Assembly (NCBI GenBank): GCA_964016885.1
Contig: CAXHJY010000477.1
Coordinates: 1 to 42,145 of the forward strand
DNA from: Eledone cirrhosa
Taxonomy: Eukaryota
Length of the DNA stretch: 42,145 nucleotides
Direction of reading: 5' to 3'
The position numbers and the translations under genes were made by a program. Below are positions 1-12,800 of the stretch, piece by piece. Within the stretch, counting starts at the first letter, position 1; each line of letters starts with the position of its first letter. The notes beneath the pieces are model-generated. The model was not told where the DNA came from. It saw only the letters and a list, made by a program, of their open reading frames with translations, and ran no database searches.

Positions 1-119
1 CTTAATACCTTATCGCTCACCCACCAGAAACTGTTAATCATCACGAGAAAGTCAATCTAAACGTTACTTGAACAATTTATTAAGGTACGTACATGATTAA
101 CAATTTTTTTTTTACCGGT

Positions 120-395
120 AGCGTAGGCGCTGAGCTGGCTAGCCGTAGGTGTGAGCCTCGCGAGATGGAATGGCTCTTCCAACGCATCTCCTTCAGCATC
201 CTCCGGGGAAATGCCTTCTCAATTCTATCTGCCGGAGCCGTGGGGTGGCCAGCGCGTGTGACCCCATTTTCTCATAATACTGAGAGATAGGGAGGGTGAG
301 AGAGATGGAGGCAATGACAGTGGGAGTTCGGCTCCTCTGTATTCGGACCTGGTATACGTGTGTGTGTATGTTTACTGTAAGGAGTTAATAAATAT
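120..395 (+). mobile_element. 3' relic of a CRE-like (restriction-like endonuclease) non-LTR retrotransposon
   Basis: Translation ...EWLFQRISFSILRGNAFSIL matches the C-terminal QR(I/L)SxxxxRGNA motif recalled from CRE-clade LINEs; AATAAA near 387. Confidence 0.55.
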
Positions 396-675
396 AGCAG
401 AAAAGAATGGACGAGACAGAGTGAACGGACAGTGTAGTGGTCAAAATAAAAAGGAATAAGAAAAAAGGCTTTGATGGTAAGGTTATAGGTAGGTCAGTCG
501 CCTCAACAAAGAGTTAGAGATAGAGATACATTGATGATTAGAGAGAAAGTTTGTAGTCAAGAAGAAACGAAACAGAGAATGGGGGGAAAAAAGATACAGG
601 CGGGGTAAAGAGAGAGTGGGGGATCACAGCAAGTAGTAAACAATGATAGGAATTTTAAAATTAGACTCTGTGTGG

Positions 676-700
676 TATATATATGTATATATATAATATC

Positions 701-770
<70 letters not shown>
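676..770. repeat. (TA)n microsatellite
   Basis: Direct reading; one of many TA tracts in the window. Confidence 0.95.
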
Positions 771-773
<3 letters not shown>

Positions 774-903
774 ACGAAGGAAATGTGGTAAGGAACCAGG
801 TGGACCATAAACGCTCCAAAGTACTCAATACTTAGGGTACTTAGGGAGTCCAGAATTAGCCGTCGAAACGCTTGAGCTCAGCCGTCGGGTCCTACTCGTT
901 CCT
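771..903 (-). mobile_element. Short dispersed structured element, copy 1, flanked by (TA)n
   Basis: Reverse complement matches 32865-33058 and 39816-39978 (AGGAACGAGTAGGACC..GGCTGAGCTCAAGC; CCCTAAGTATTGAGTAC..GGTCCACCTGGTTCCTTACCACA). Confidence 0.75.
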
Positions 904-1499
904 ATATATATTTATAATTATATATATATATATACTATATAGTATATAGTATGTATGTATGTATGTATGTATGTATGTATGTGTGTGTGTGTGTGTGTTT
1001 ATACATGTGGATGTGGAATCTCATTTCATTGTTTCAAATCATACATAATACATGTGCTTCAAACATATTTCGGTCTTTGCACTAAACTAATAAAATAGTT
1101 AATATCATTTTTTTATGTGGGTGTGTGTATGTGCATGTGTGTGTGTGTTATTTGTGTGTGTGTTTGTGCGTGTGTTCACGTGAGGTTTACACACACATTT
1201 AGGCACATATATTTACACTGACATACATGGACAATCACAAATACACATACATACATAAATACAATCTCACACTCACACACGCGTGTGTGTATGTATACGT
1301 AAAGTTTACACATTCACAAACACATACAATGCACAAACACACTATTCCATACAAATATACGTATGTATGTATATATAGATAATACAAACCTAGACAAACA
1401 AAAAATAACGAAATACACTTAGTGACATTTGTAATGAGGTTTATCTAATATTTATTGTGAAACTGTTATTGTAATATTAATATTATCATTTCTTTTGTT

Positions 1500-3120
1500 A
1501 CGCAGTGTAGATGGAAAATGCAATGGAATATTTAGTCATCTGTCAAGTCACACCAAGGACCTCAGACAGATAATACTTTCCTAAAGGCTGATTTTTGTAT
1601 GACACCAAACCGCTTTATAAAGTCTTGGAGTTTCAAGGGTATTGACCCCTAATGTCCTGATCACAACTGGTACCACTTTTAAATTATCCCATCGCATTCG
1701 AAATAGTCTTGTCATATCCTTTTTCAAATCGGAATACTTGGTGATTTTTCTTTCAACCGTTTACTTGCAATATTCACGTCGTTTGTTATGGTTTCGTCTA
1801 TGATCTGACAGCATTTGTCCTTGTTAAATACAACAATGACCGATCGGTGATTCTCAATTACTCTATCAGTCTGAAAATCATATTCCCAGAATGTCGTTGT
1901 TTTCCATAACCCCTACATTACTTTACAATTCTCTATTACTTCGTGACATAACAGCCAATGAAGATACTTTTTCATGGCAGTGCTTGTATTCCTTTTTCTC
2001 AAGGCCCTCACATCCACTTACCAAGTGGGTTTCATTTTCCACATTCTTTTCACAGAGTCTGTATTTCTGGGTGTCAGAAGTTTTGTAGATGTTATTACTT
2101 TTATCGAATTGGTTGCAAGAGCTTGGTCTTCTGCTGCAATCACAAGTCTTTTATAAGCACGCTTCAAATCACCTTACTTAAGCCATGTCCATGATGTTTT
2201 ATTCTTGACATCCTGTGAATTTCGTTCAAACTGCGGTGCAATCTCATTCTAGATCTTCTTTTCCCGTCTCTTAACACTTTGGTTAAACTATTCATTTCCA
2301 ACCATTTCTACTGCATTTCTACCCATATCTTCTGCTGTATATTGCAACAACTCTTTGTCACTGTTTACCCAAATATTCTTCAAGGGTTTTCTTTTCTCTC
2401 CTTATACAATAATCTACACCGATGAGACCTCTACCGCCATTCTTTCTCTCCATGTACAATCTGTTTATATTCGCTTTAGGGTGTAAAGCTCCATAACAAT
2501 AATCATTAACTTTCTCGTCTTTCTATCCAACTTTGCTATTTCTTTTTCAGTCCACCTGAGAATGGATGCACTATATCTAATTACTGTCACTACCAAGATA
2601 TTTCATTATAGTGACTAGATTTTTCGCATTCAGGTTGGATTTTGAAATCATTTTTACTCTTTTTAAATATGTTCCTCTAAACTTTTCTTTCATTTTGGCA
2701 TGTAAAATGTCCTCCATCTTTAAAATACTCAAATAATTGGATTCACTATCTTCCGGTTCCCCCATGGCCTCTCCCAATGACAGCTATAATCCACTACAGG
2801 TTTGCCTTTTCCCTCTTTTCATATTGAGTACAGAGCATTTGGAGATCCCAAATTTCATACCGATGTCACTGCTATATATCGGTTTTAACCAGAATATCGA
2901 ATCTATCTTGTTTTCGGATTCCCGAACGGTTTCAGGTGATCCATAATAGAAGGTAGTTTATGAATGGCCTTTTCTTTCCCCATTGGTAATCCTAACCCAT
3001 TTAACTTTTCTAAGTGGTCCAGTGTTGTAGGTATAAATGAAAATATGACTAATAGTTAATGTGGAAATGAGTCACCTTCGAAGATACCCCTTTTAATTTC
3101 TCCTTCCGACAGTGCGGAAG
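1500..3120 (-). mobile_element. Degraded R4/Dong-like RLE LINE (RT C-terminal part plus restriction-like endonuclease)
   Basis: Minus-strand peptides in several frames: IKRGIFEGDSFP, SDIGMKFGISKC, GALHPKANINRLYMERKNGGRGLI, WEYDFQTDRVIENHRSVIVVFNK..IID, RWDNLKVVPVVIRTLG; stops and frameshifts. Confidence 0.8.
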
Positions 3121-3529
3121 AATTATTTTGGATATTTTGGAACAATCTATTCTCCACGTACTACTTACTTCTGTTCACATAACTTCTTATCTTCTGGCTT
3201 TAGACAAAATCCTCTGTTTTACTTGTTCCATTACTGTATAGAACCCATTCTTGTGTGTATTATTTTCTTATCTAATGTTTATCTATCGCCTTTAAAACCA
3301 GGTCCGCACTTTACCAAGAACTAAATGCCAACTACATAGAGTGTGTGGAAGGATCCAGTTTACATTACCAGGAGTGAAATGATGACGAGGTTGTGAGTTT
3401 CTCTGATTTAAAATATGTGGCGTCCTCTTACCTATGGGAGGCTGGGTTGCCTATATTTATTAATCATTCATTTTCGTTTGAACTTAGAGACAAGAGTAGT
3501 CATTTTGGGGAGGTGGGAAGTCGATTAAG

Positions 3530-3680
3530 TTTATGCCAGTATTTTACTGGTAAATTGTCCCAGAAACAAGAAAAGCAAAGATCACCTTGGTGAGATTTGA
3601 ACTCAAAACGTAAAGAGGCGGAGAAAATACAGCAAAGCATTTTCTCCAATGCTCTAATAATGCTGCCAATCTACTGCGCT
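3530..3680 (-). mobile_element. Diverged tRNA-derived SINE fragment
   Basis: Similar to 41965-42138; B-box-like GAGTTCAAATC on the minus strand. Confidence 0.55.
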
Positions 3681-3734
3681 CGTGCAGATGCGTGGCCTAG
3701 TCGTTAAGAGGTCAGATCACGATTAAGAGATCAA

Positions 3735-4070
3735 GAATTGAGAAGTTCAAGTATCTCAGGGCCGAGTTGACGAGTAATGGAAGGCAGGAGGCTGAATTAA
3801 GTGCAAGAATAACAGGAGCTGGTGTAGTAATGCGCCAGCTTCAGCATTCGCATTCGCTAATCAGAAAAAGAGAGGTAGAGCCATTACTTTTCCGAATTCA
3901 GAGATCACAAGTCCGATACTATGGGTATGTGGCTAGAATGTCTCTGGAAAGAATCGCTGGACAGATATTATGGGTAAAATCATCAACCGGCAGGAGACCC
4001 AGGGGTAGACCACGAGGAAGATTGTTGGATAACATCCATGGGCTTGGCTGGTCTCACTTGGGGATCCAGA
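3735..4070 (+). mobile_element. RTE-clade LINE 3' relic with internal deletion
   Basis: EKFKYL..LTSNGRQEAELSARI..AGVVMRQL / EPLLFRIQRSQVRYYGYVARM..ER....GRRPRGRPRGR: typical RTE C-terminus. Confidence 0.75.
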
Positions 4071-4338
4071 AGAAGAAGAAAAAGAAAAAGAAAAAGAAAA
4101 AGAAAAAGAAAAAGAAAAAAAAGAAAAAAAAGGAAAAAAAGAAAAAGAAAAAAGAAAAAAGAAAAAAAGAAAAAAGAAAAAAGAAAAAAGAAAAAAGAAA
4201 AAAGAAAAAAGAAAAAAGAAAAAAGAAAAAAGAAAAAAGAAAAGAAGAAGAAGAAGAAGAAGAAGAAGAAGAAGAAGAAGAAAAGAAGAAGAAGAAGAAG
4301 AAGAAGAAGAAGAAGAAGAAAAGAAAGAAAGAAGAAGA
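4068..4338. repeat. Polypurine (GAA)n/(GAAAAA)n tract
   Basis: About 270 bp of only A and G. Confidence 0.95.
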
Positions 4339-4683
4339 TTCCTGGTGGTGCGTTATGTTATTGAGCATGACGCTACATTTCACGTTACATTTCATGATAG
4401 GATTGTGGTGGGAGCTATCAGTAAAACACCCGAGAAAGCTCTTTCTGGTGTACAAGCTACTAAGATGCTAAATAAACCTACATAGGTGTGAGCTGTAATA
4501 ACAACATTAGGGCCTCTATCGGTAAAACATATTAGAAACCTTCTATGAGATACAATTTGTAGGAGGTCTAAACGTGTGAGCCGTAGCTAAAGCAGCAATA
4601 GTTCATTTATTTATGTACTTTACCTGTACAACACTTATGCCCCAACCTTCGTTTACAATATATATATATATAAGATTATTAAA

Positions 4684-4744
<61 letters not shown>
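4684..4744. repeat. (TAC)n microsatellite
   Basis: Direct reading. Confidence 0.95.
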
Positions 4745-4745
<1 letters not shown>

Positions 4746-5033
4746 TTTGACATAATGTGTATAATAATTCTCTTTTGTAAAGAATTGGAAAGAAAATGTC
4801 AAAGTAGATTACTCCTAGATATACGTAGACCATATGGTCTATACTGGTACATAAATAGACTCATTAACTAATAGTTTTTAGGTGAAATATACGTCAGCCA
4901 TAACGATTTCACTTTTCAATACTTTCAGATTATGGCCTCAAAACAATTTGGATATCAATAATATCTCTCTCCCTCTCTCTCTCTCCCCCTCACCCCTCTC
5001 CCTCTCTCTATCTATCTATCCTTCTCTCTCTCT

Positions 5034-5135
<102 letters not shown>

Positions 5136-5226
5136 TGAATGTAGAAAAGTAACGCAGGAGTTGATATATATATAAACAACTAGTAGAAAGGAAAAAGATT
5201 CTTTCAGTCGAAAATGTTGAAGGAAT

Positions 5227-5621
5227 TTTTTTCAGTGAGATATCAAAACATTAATTTATTTACAATACCGGTTTCAGCATTATATGCATTGTCAATTGCA
5301 GATATGCAGAATATTGTTAAGTTGCATATTTGTACAAATAGTGATAATAATAATAATGAAGAAAATGAAAATAAAAAGGGAAGGAAAATTAATTTTCACA
5401 TACATGTTCATTCAGAGAAGAAAGTTCATCTCTCTGTCCATTCTACACTGCTTACAGCTTTTTTTCCCCTTTTTATTTTCATTTTCTTCATTATTATCAT
5501 TATTATCACTATTTGTACAAATATGTAACTTAACAATATTCTGCATATCCGCAATTGACAATGCATATAATGCTGAAACCGGTATTGTAAATAAATTAAT
5601 GTTTTGATATCTCACTGAAAA
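5227..5621. mobile_element. Fold-back element with ~150-bp inverted arms, each carrying a decayed HHR
   Basis: 5227-~5380 is the near-perfect reverse complement of ~5465-5621; GCAA-TTGACAA-tGCA tataa TGCt-GAAA-CCGG-TA-TTGT at 5551-5588 (+) and 5262-5299 (-). Confidence 0.7.
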
Positions 5622-5649
5622 GAATCTCATGTTTTAGAAGTATATAGCC

Positions 5650-6064
5650 GTCTTAAGATGTTTCGTCGTTCATTGTTGTACAGTGCCGTTTAGGTAAGGA
5701 CTTTATTTTTTCCAGTATTTTCCATTTAATGGAGAAGTCCGCACCTGCATCATTGAGGGACCAGACGTGACTTGCTAGCTTCGTAGCTGTTCGTTTATCT
5801 GGGTTCCTACAAGTTAAGGAAGTGGCTTTTGAAATGACCCCTTGACATACCTAGATATGTTCTGACGTCATACCGCTGATTCGTTTGGATGGAAGTTACC
5901 TCAGTTTCATAGACGACCGTTGCACTGCTGATCAAAAAGGCATGATTCCGGCTTTCTACAAGAGCATCACGGTACGGCAGCGCTCTTGGTTTTGTTGGGG
6001 ATCTGGACTTTCGTGTTTTACGCAGAGGAGTAACCGATTTTCACTGTATGTCAGTTAAAGATTG
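5650..6064 (-). pseudogene. GIY-YIG endonuclease relic of a second PLE lineage
   Basis: Minus-strand CSCRKPESCLFDQQC / VVYETEVT....RTYLGMSRGHFKSH / RTATKLASHVWSLND..FSIKWKILEK, frameshifted. Confidence 0.75.
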
Positions 6065-6157
6065 GTCTAGACCAAAGGTTCTCAACCCATTTCGGCCCCT
6101 CGAAATCACGAAACGCCCTCCTACCCTATTTTTCCATTTTTCAATATACTACTGTCT

Positions 6158-6285
6158 TAACTTTGCCTTTCATCCTTTTGGGGTCGATAAATTAAGTACC
6201 AGTTGTGAACTGGGATCGATGTAATCGACACGGACCCTAAACCTCAAATTTCATGCTTTGTGCCTATAGTAGAAATGATTATAAC
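6158..6285 (+). mobile_element. SINE 3' part nested in the hAT element
   Basis: CTTTGCCTTTCATCC..GGGGTCGATAAA..AAGTACCAGT is the reverse complement of the core at ~42001-42050. Confidence 0.7.
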
Positions 6286-6479
6286 TGGTGAAAATCATCA
6301 ACCACCACCACGTTTGGCCCACTCTGCCTCTCCGCCAGGGCCAGGACGTAATGGCCCTTTTATGTCCTTGACTTTGAGACCCCTCTTCTACACACACACA
6401 TATATATACACTACTTTTTTTCTGTCTCTGGACTACGCCCAAGCTGGAGCATCACCTTGGTAAGTTATGGGGACGTCAA

Positions 6480-6792
<313 letters not shown>

Positions 6793-7052
6793 CAAATTGA
6801 CAATGAAAATAAAAAGAACAAAGTCAAGTTACATTATAACTTTGTTTTTATTTTGTTGCTATTATTTTTATTGTTAATATAATACCTAATATCTGATTTT
6901 GTATCTAAAGAATTAATTCAGCGAGACACAGAACTTCTCTATGGATTTTACAAGCTTACATTGAGTTCTATCTAAGGTACCGACCCTACCACCAGAAGTC
7001 GACAGGGTGAAAAAAGAAAAAATATATATATATGTGTGTGTCTGTGTGTGTG

Positions 7053-7100
<48 letters not shown>

Positions 7101-7789
7101 CTACAAACATACATACGTATATACATACATACATTTACGTATGTATATAGCTATGCATTTGTATATATACATGCATTTATATTTAAGTGTGTGTATATGT
7201 TGACCTGATTTATGTTTTTTTTTATAAGGAGAGAATTTTGACTCCAGATTTTATTACCTAAGGAGATTAAATACCACAGCATTTCAACCTCATCAAACAC
7301 CAACGCCGGCCTGTGTGTGTATATATGTGTGTGTATGTATGTATGTATGTATGTATGTATGTATGTATGTGTGTGTATGATTGTATGTATATGTATACAC
7401 CCACACCTTTCATCACCATTGCTTCTTTTTCTTGTCGTTTCTGTTGTTCTTGTAACTCTTGTCATAGTTTATGTTGTCCTTAGTTTCATTTTCTTTGATT
7501 TCTTTCGTTTTCTTTTATCTCCCTAGAGAATTCGTTGACAAGCTTCTTTCATTTATTTTCTTCGTTTTCTTCATCCAAATGCATTCACACTGGCTGTCTC
7601 AGAGACGTACAAATATGGCTTATAAAACGTACCTGAGTAAAGAGCCTTCAGCGCACCCCTAGCGCCCCCAAAGCTTCAAAACGCCCCCCCCCTCCCCTAA
7701 CGCCCCTTGCTCCCCCTCTGGAGGTCCGAAACGCCCTCCGGGGGGGGGGGGGGGGGGTTATACCCCCCTCCCCCGTTGAGAACCTTTGG

Positions 7790-8027
<238 letters not shown>

Positions 8028-8144
8028 ATGTATATATATATATATATATATGCTTAGTACAACCTCTAAGTACATACAGGAAAGTACGCATCGAGAGCTC
8101 ACTTTAGCAATCCAACAAAAACTTGATGTTACAATCCCTAAAGT

Positions 8145-8272
<128 letters not shown>

Positions 8273-8699
8273 CGTGTCTGTGTCTGTCTTTTCAAAAGAA
8301 TGGTATACCGATGTATTCGACGAAGAGTAATCTAGCTGTGCGATTAACTGAGATATCTGATTATTGAATTAGTTTGTACGTGTCTGAGTATTCCACAGAC
8401 ATATATGCATTAGCACACATTTGCGCACACGCACAGAATATGAAGAAATCGAATCTTTGTTCGTTTCGACCACCATGTCCCTAGTTGAACGATCAACGCT
8501 ATTATCTGCTTATTAAAACAGTGTCAAAGGGTATTCCATAGACACCTGTACATTTACCGTAACCCCTAGACAGAACCCGGTTTACACACTTTGTAACTGT
8601 GACATTCCTTTGAAATACAAATAAAGTACACTCCACCCGAAAGCTTGAACACAAATGATGTCTCTCCAATTTTATTTATAAGATATTGATCGGTCCGAG

Positions 8700-9335
8700 G
8701 TTTTAGCAGTGGAAACTAGCTAAAGATGTCCTCTTCCGCCTCTCTTCCACTGCATCAGCCTATACTCTAAGTAGTATGTGTCTCATCGTTCCAGCCTTTC
8801 CGTATTTGCACAGGCCACTGTCTTCTACTTTACAATGATTTAAGTTTGTGGTACTAGGAAGCATGTCATACACAGATCAAAACAAAAAAACTTGTTCTGG
8901 CTGGCTCTCATGACCACAATTTCTCCCATCTGCTCTCCTGTTCAACCACAAATTCCTCCTAAGACACACACTGACCCTGTTGGTCGCATACCACCAAGGC
9001 CACATGGCATCTTCTCACTTCCCACCTCCGTACCAGGTTGACTACCGCAACCCTTCTCTCCTTATGATTCAGGGCGCAATATGGTCTGAATTAGGAGATT
9101 CCAAGGCCCATCTTTTGCTCTGTGCAGGATCTGCTATATCATTGTATCTTAGAAAAGCCACGAAATACTGCGCTGCCTCAGATTTGATCCAATTTCTTGC
9201 AATCGTGAGCACTGGTGGGGAGGAGCAGATGATTTCCTCACTTAAATGGTAAATTATCAGTATGGTCCACACCTTACAGCATTTGAATTGCTCGACTACT
9301 GATGGGATAGGTAATTCTAGTGGGTCACCATTCCT
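8700..9335 (-). mobile_element. Degraded HERO-like RLE LINE
   Basis: LELPIPSVVEQFKCCKV; LTIARNW...LRYNDIAD; RSVYDMLPSTTNL....GLCKYGKAGTMRHIL (YDxLPSxxNL followed by CCHC knuckle remnant). Confidence 0.6.
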
Positions 9336-9697
9336 GCAGACACACATACACACACATAAACCCACGCACACACGCGCACTTATACGTATATATATGTATA
9401 TATAAAAACAAATAACGAAACGAAATTAAATTTCGTTTCGTTTGTAACTCACTTTTGTATGACTGACGCTTAAACAATTAAGTTAAAGATGTACATCCAT
9501 ATATGTATACTGAAATACTAGTATGTATATGAATACACACACGTATACATATGTAGATGTACCAAGTTTTTTCACTGGTCACTTTACTGTGAGTGGCCAG
9601 CTATTCTGTATGTAAACACACAGACAAACCGGTTTTTAGAGTCATACTGGTTTTTGAGGAAACACCTTTCCTCTATTCCCCAGAAAGCCAGACAAGG

Positions 9698-9742
9698 AAT
9701 ATTGAACTAGTTTCGTTGTTGTTACAACTCATCAGCAATATT
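9698..9742 (-). ncRNA. Minimal type I hammerhead ribozyme (first of 27, repeating every 467 bp)
   Basis: AAUAUUG-CUGAUGA-GUUGU aaca ACAAC-GAAA-CUAG-UU^CAAUAUU: 7-bp stem I, 5-bp stem II, palindromic AACUAGUU stem III, GUU cleavage triplet. Confidence 0.88.
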
Positions 9743-9827
9743 TACCTATCTTCCGGCCTCTCTAGAGAATCGTAAAAGCACATATCGTTATATGCTTTTT
9801 CTATGATAATTAGTAGTGGGCAGACTA

Positions 9828-9835
9828 ATTTGCAT
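9828..9835 (-). promoter_or_regulatory. Octamer motif ATGCAAAT ~85 nt upstream of the HHR in each unit
   Basis: Perfect octamer in nearly all units (mutated near 12633); also at 22287 and in a related element at 30331. Confidence 0.45.
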
Positions 9836-12800
9836 AGAGTGTGAGTAAGTACCGGTTCAACGGAGACGATAAAAACAAATAACGAAACGAAATTAAATTT
9901 CGTTTCGTTTGTAACTCACTTTTGTATGACTGACGCTTAAACAATTAAGTTAAAGATGTACATCCATATATGTATACTGAAATACTAGTATGTATATGAA
10001 TACACACACGTATACATATGTAGATGTACCAAGTTTTTTCACTGGTCACTTTACTGTGAGTGGCCAGCTATTCTGTATGTAAACACACAGACAAACCGGT
10101 TTTTAGAGTCATACTGGTTTTTGAGGAAACACCTTTCCTCTATTCCCCAGAAAGCCAGACAAGGAATATTGAACTAGTTTCGTTGTTGTTACAACTCATC
10201 AGCAATATTTACCTATCTTCCGGCCTCTCTAGAGAATCGTAAAAGCACATATCGTTATATGCTTTTTCTATGATAATTAGTAGTGGGCAGACTAATTTGC
10301 ATAGAGTGTGAGTAAGTACCGGTTCAACGGAGACGATAAAAACAAATAACGAAACGAAATTAAATTTCGTTTCGTTTGTAATTCACTTTTGTATGACTGA
10401 CGCTTAAACAATTAAGTTAAAGATGTACATCCATATATGTATACTGAAATACTAGTATGTATATGAATACACACACGTATACATATGTAGATGTACCAAG
10501 TTTTTTCACTGGTCACTTTACTGTGAGTGGCCAGCTATTCTGTATGTAAACACACAGACAAACCGGTTTTTAGAGTCATACTGGTTTTTGAGGAAACACC
10601 TTTCCTCTATTCCCCAGAAAGCCAGACAAGGAATATTGAACTAGTTTCGTTGTTGTTACAACTCATCAGCAATATTTACCTATCTTCCGGCCTCTCTAGA
10701 GAATCGTAAAAGCACATATCGTTATATGCTTTTTCTATGATAATTAGTAGTGGGCAGACTAATTTGCATAGAGTGTGAGTAAGTACCGGTTCAACGGAGA
10801 CGATAAAAACAAATAACGAAACGAAATTAAATTTCGTTTCGTTTGTAACTCACTTTTGTATGACTGACGCTTAAACAATTAAGTTAAAGATGTACATCCA
10901 TATATGTATACTGAAATACTAGTATGTATATGAATACACACACGTATACATATGTAGATGTACCAAGTTTTTTCACTGGTCACTTTACTGTGAGTGGCCA
11001 GCTATTCTGTATGTAAACACAGACAAACCGGTTTTTAGAGTCATACTGGTTTTTGAGGAAACACCTTTCCTCTATTCCCCAGAAAGCCAGACAAGGAATA
11101 TTGAACTAGTTTCGTTGTTGTTACAACTCATCAGCAATATTTACCTATCTTCCGGCCTCTCTAGAGAATCGTAAAAGCACATATCGTTATATGCTTTTTC
11201 TATGATAATTAGTAGTGGGCAGACTAATTTGCATAGAGTGTGAGTAAGTACCGGTTCAACGGAGACGATAAAAACAAATAACGAAACGAAATTAAATTTC
11301 GTTTCGTTTGTAACTCACTTTTGTATGACTGACGCTTAAACAATTAAGTTAAAGATGTACATCCATATATGTATACTGAAATACTAGTATGTATATGAAT
11401 ACACACACGTATACATATGTAGATGTACCAAGTTTTTTCACTGGTCACTTTACTGTGAGTGGCCAGCTATTCTGTATGTAAACACACAGACAAACCGGTT
11501 TTTGGAGTCATACTGGTTTTTGAGGAAACACCTTTCCTCTATTCCCCAGAAAGCCAGACAAGGAATATTGAACTAGTTTCGTTGTTGTTACAACTCATCA
11601 GCAATATTTACCTATCTTACGGCCTCTCTAGAGAATCGTAAAAGCACATATCGTTATATGCTTTTTCTATGATAATTAGTAGTGGGCAGACCAATTTGCA
11701 TAGAGTGTGAGTAAGTACCGGTTCAACGGAGACGATAAAAACAAATAACGAAACGAAATTAAATTTCGTTTCGTTTGTAACTCACTTTTGTATGACTGAC
11801 GCTTAAACAATTAAGTTAAAGATGTACATCCATATATGTATACTGAAATACTAGTATGTATATGAATACACACACGTATACATATGTAGATGTACCAAGT
11901 TTTTTCACTGGTCACTTTACTGTGAGTGGCCAGCTATTCTGTATGTAAACACACAGACAAACCGGTTTTTGGAGTCATACTGGTTTTTGAGGAAACACCT
12001 TTCCTCTATTCCCCAGAAAGCCAGACAAGGAATATTGAACTAGTTTCGTTGTTGTTACAACTCATCAGCAATATTTACCTATCTTCCGGCCTCTCTAGAG
12101 AATCGTAAAAGCACATATCGTTATATGCTTTTTCTATGATAATTAGTAGTGGGCAGACTAATTTGCATAGAGTGTGAGTAAGTACCGGTTCAACGGAGAC
12201 GATAAAAACAAATAACGAAACGAAATTAAATTTCGTTTCGTTTGTAATTCACTTTTGTATGACTGACGCTTAAACAATTAAGTTAAAGATGTACATCCAT
12301 ATATGTATACTGAAATACTAGTATGTATATGAATACACACACGTATACATATGTAGATGTACCAAGTTTTTTCACTGGTCACTTTACTGTGAGTGGCCAG
12401 CTATTCTGTATGTAAACACACAGACAAACCGGTTTTTAGAGTCATACTGGTTTTTGAGGAAACACCTTTCCTCTATTCACCAGACAGCCAGACAAGGAAT
12501 ATTGAACTAGTTTCGTTGTTGTTACAACTCATCAGCAATATTTACCTATCTTCCGGCCTCTCTAGAGAATCGTAAAAGCACATATCGTTATATGCTTTTT
12601 CTATGATAATTAGTAGTGGGCAGACTAATTTGTATAGAGTGTGAGTAAGTACCGGTTCAACGGAGACGATAAAAACAAATAACGAAACGAAATTAAATTT
12701 CGTTTCGTTTGTAACTCACTTTTGTATGACTGACGCTTAAACAATTAAGTTAAAGATGTACATCCATATATGTATACTGAAATACTAGTATGTATATGAA

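Noticed and set aside
9851-9866. GGTTCAACGG as a pol III B box in the unit
   Set aside because: Imperfect match, on the strand opposite to the ribozyme, and no clear A box
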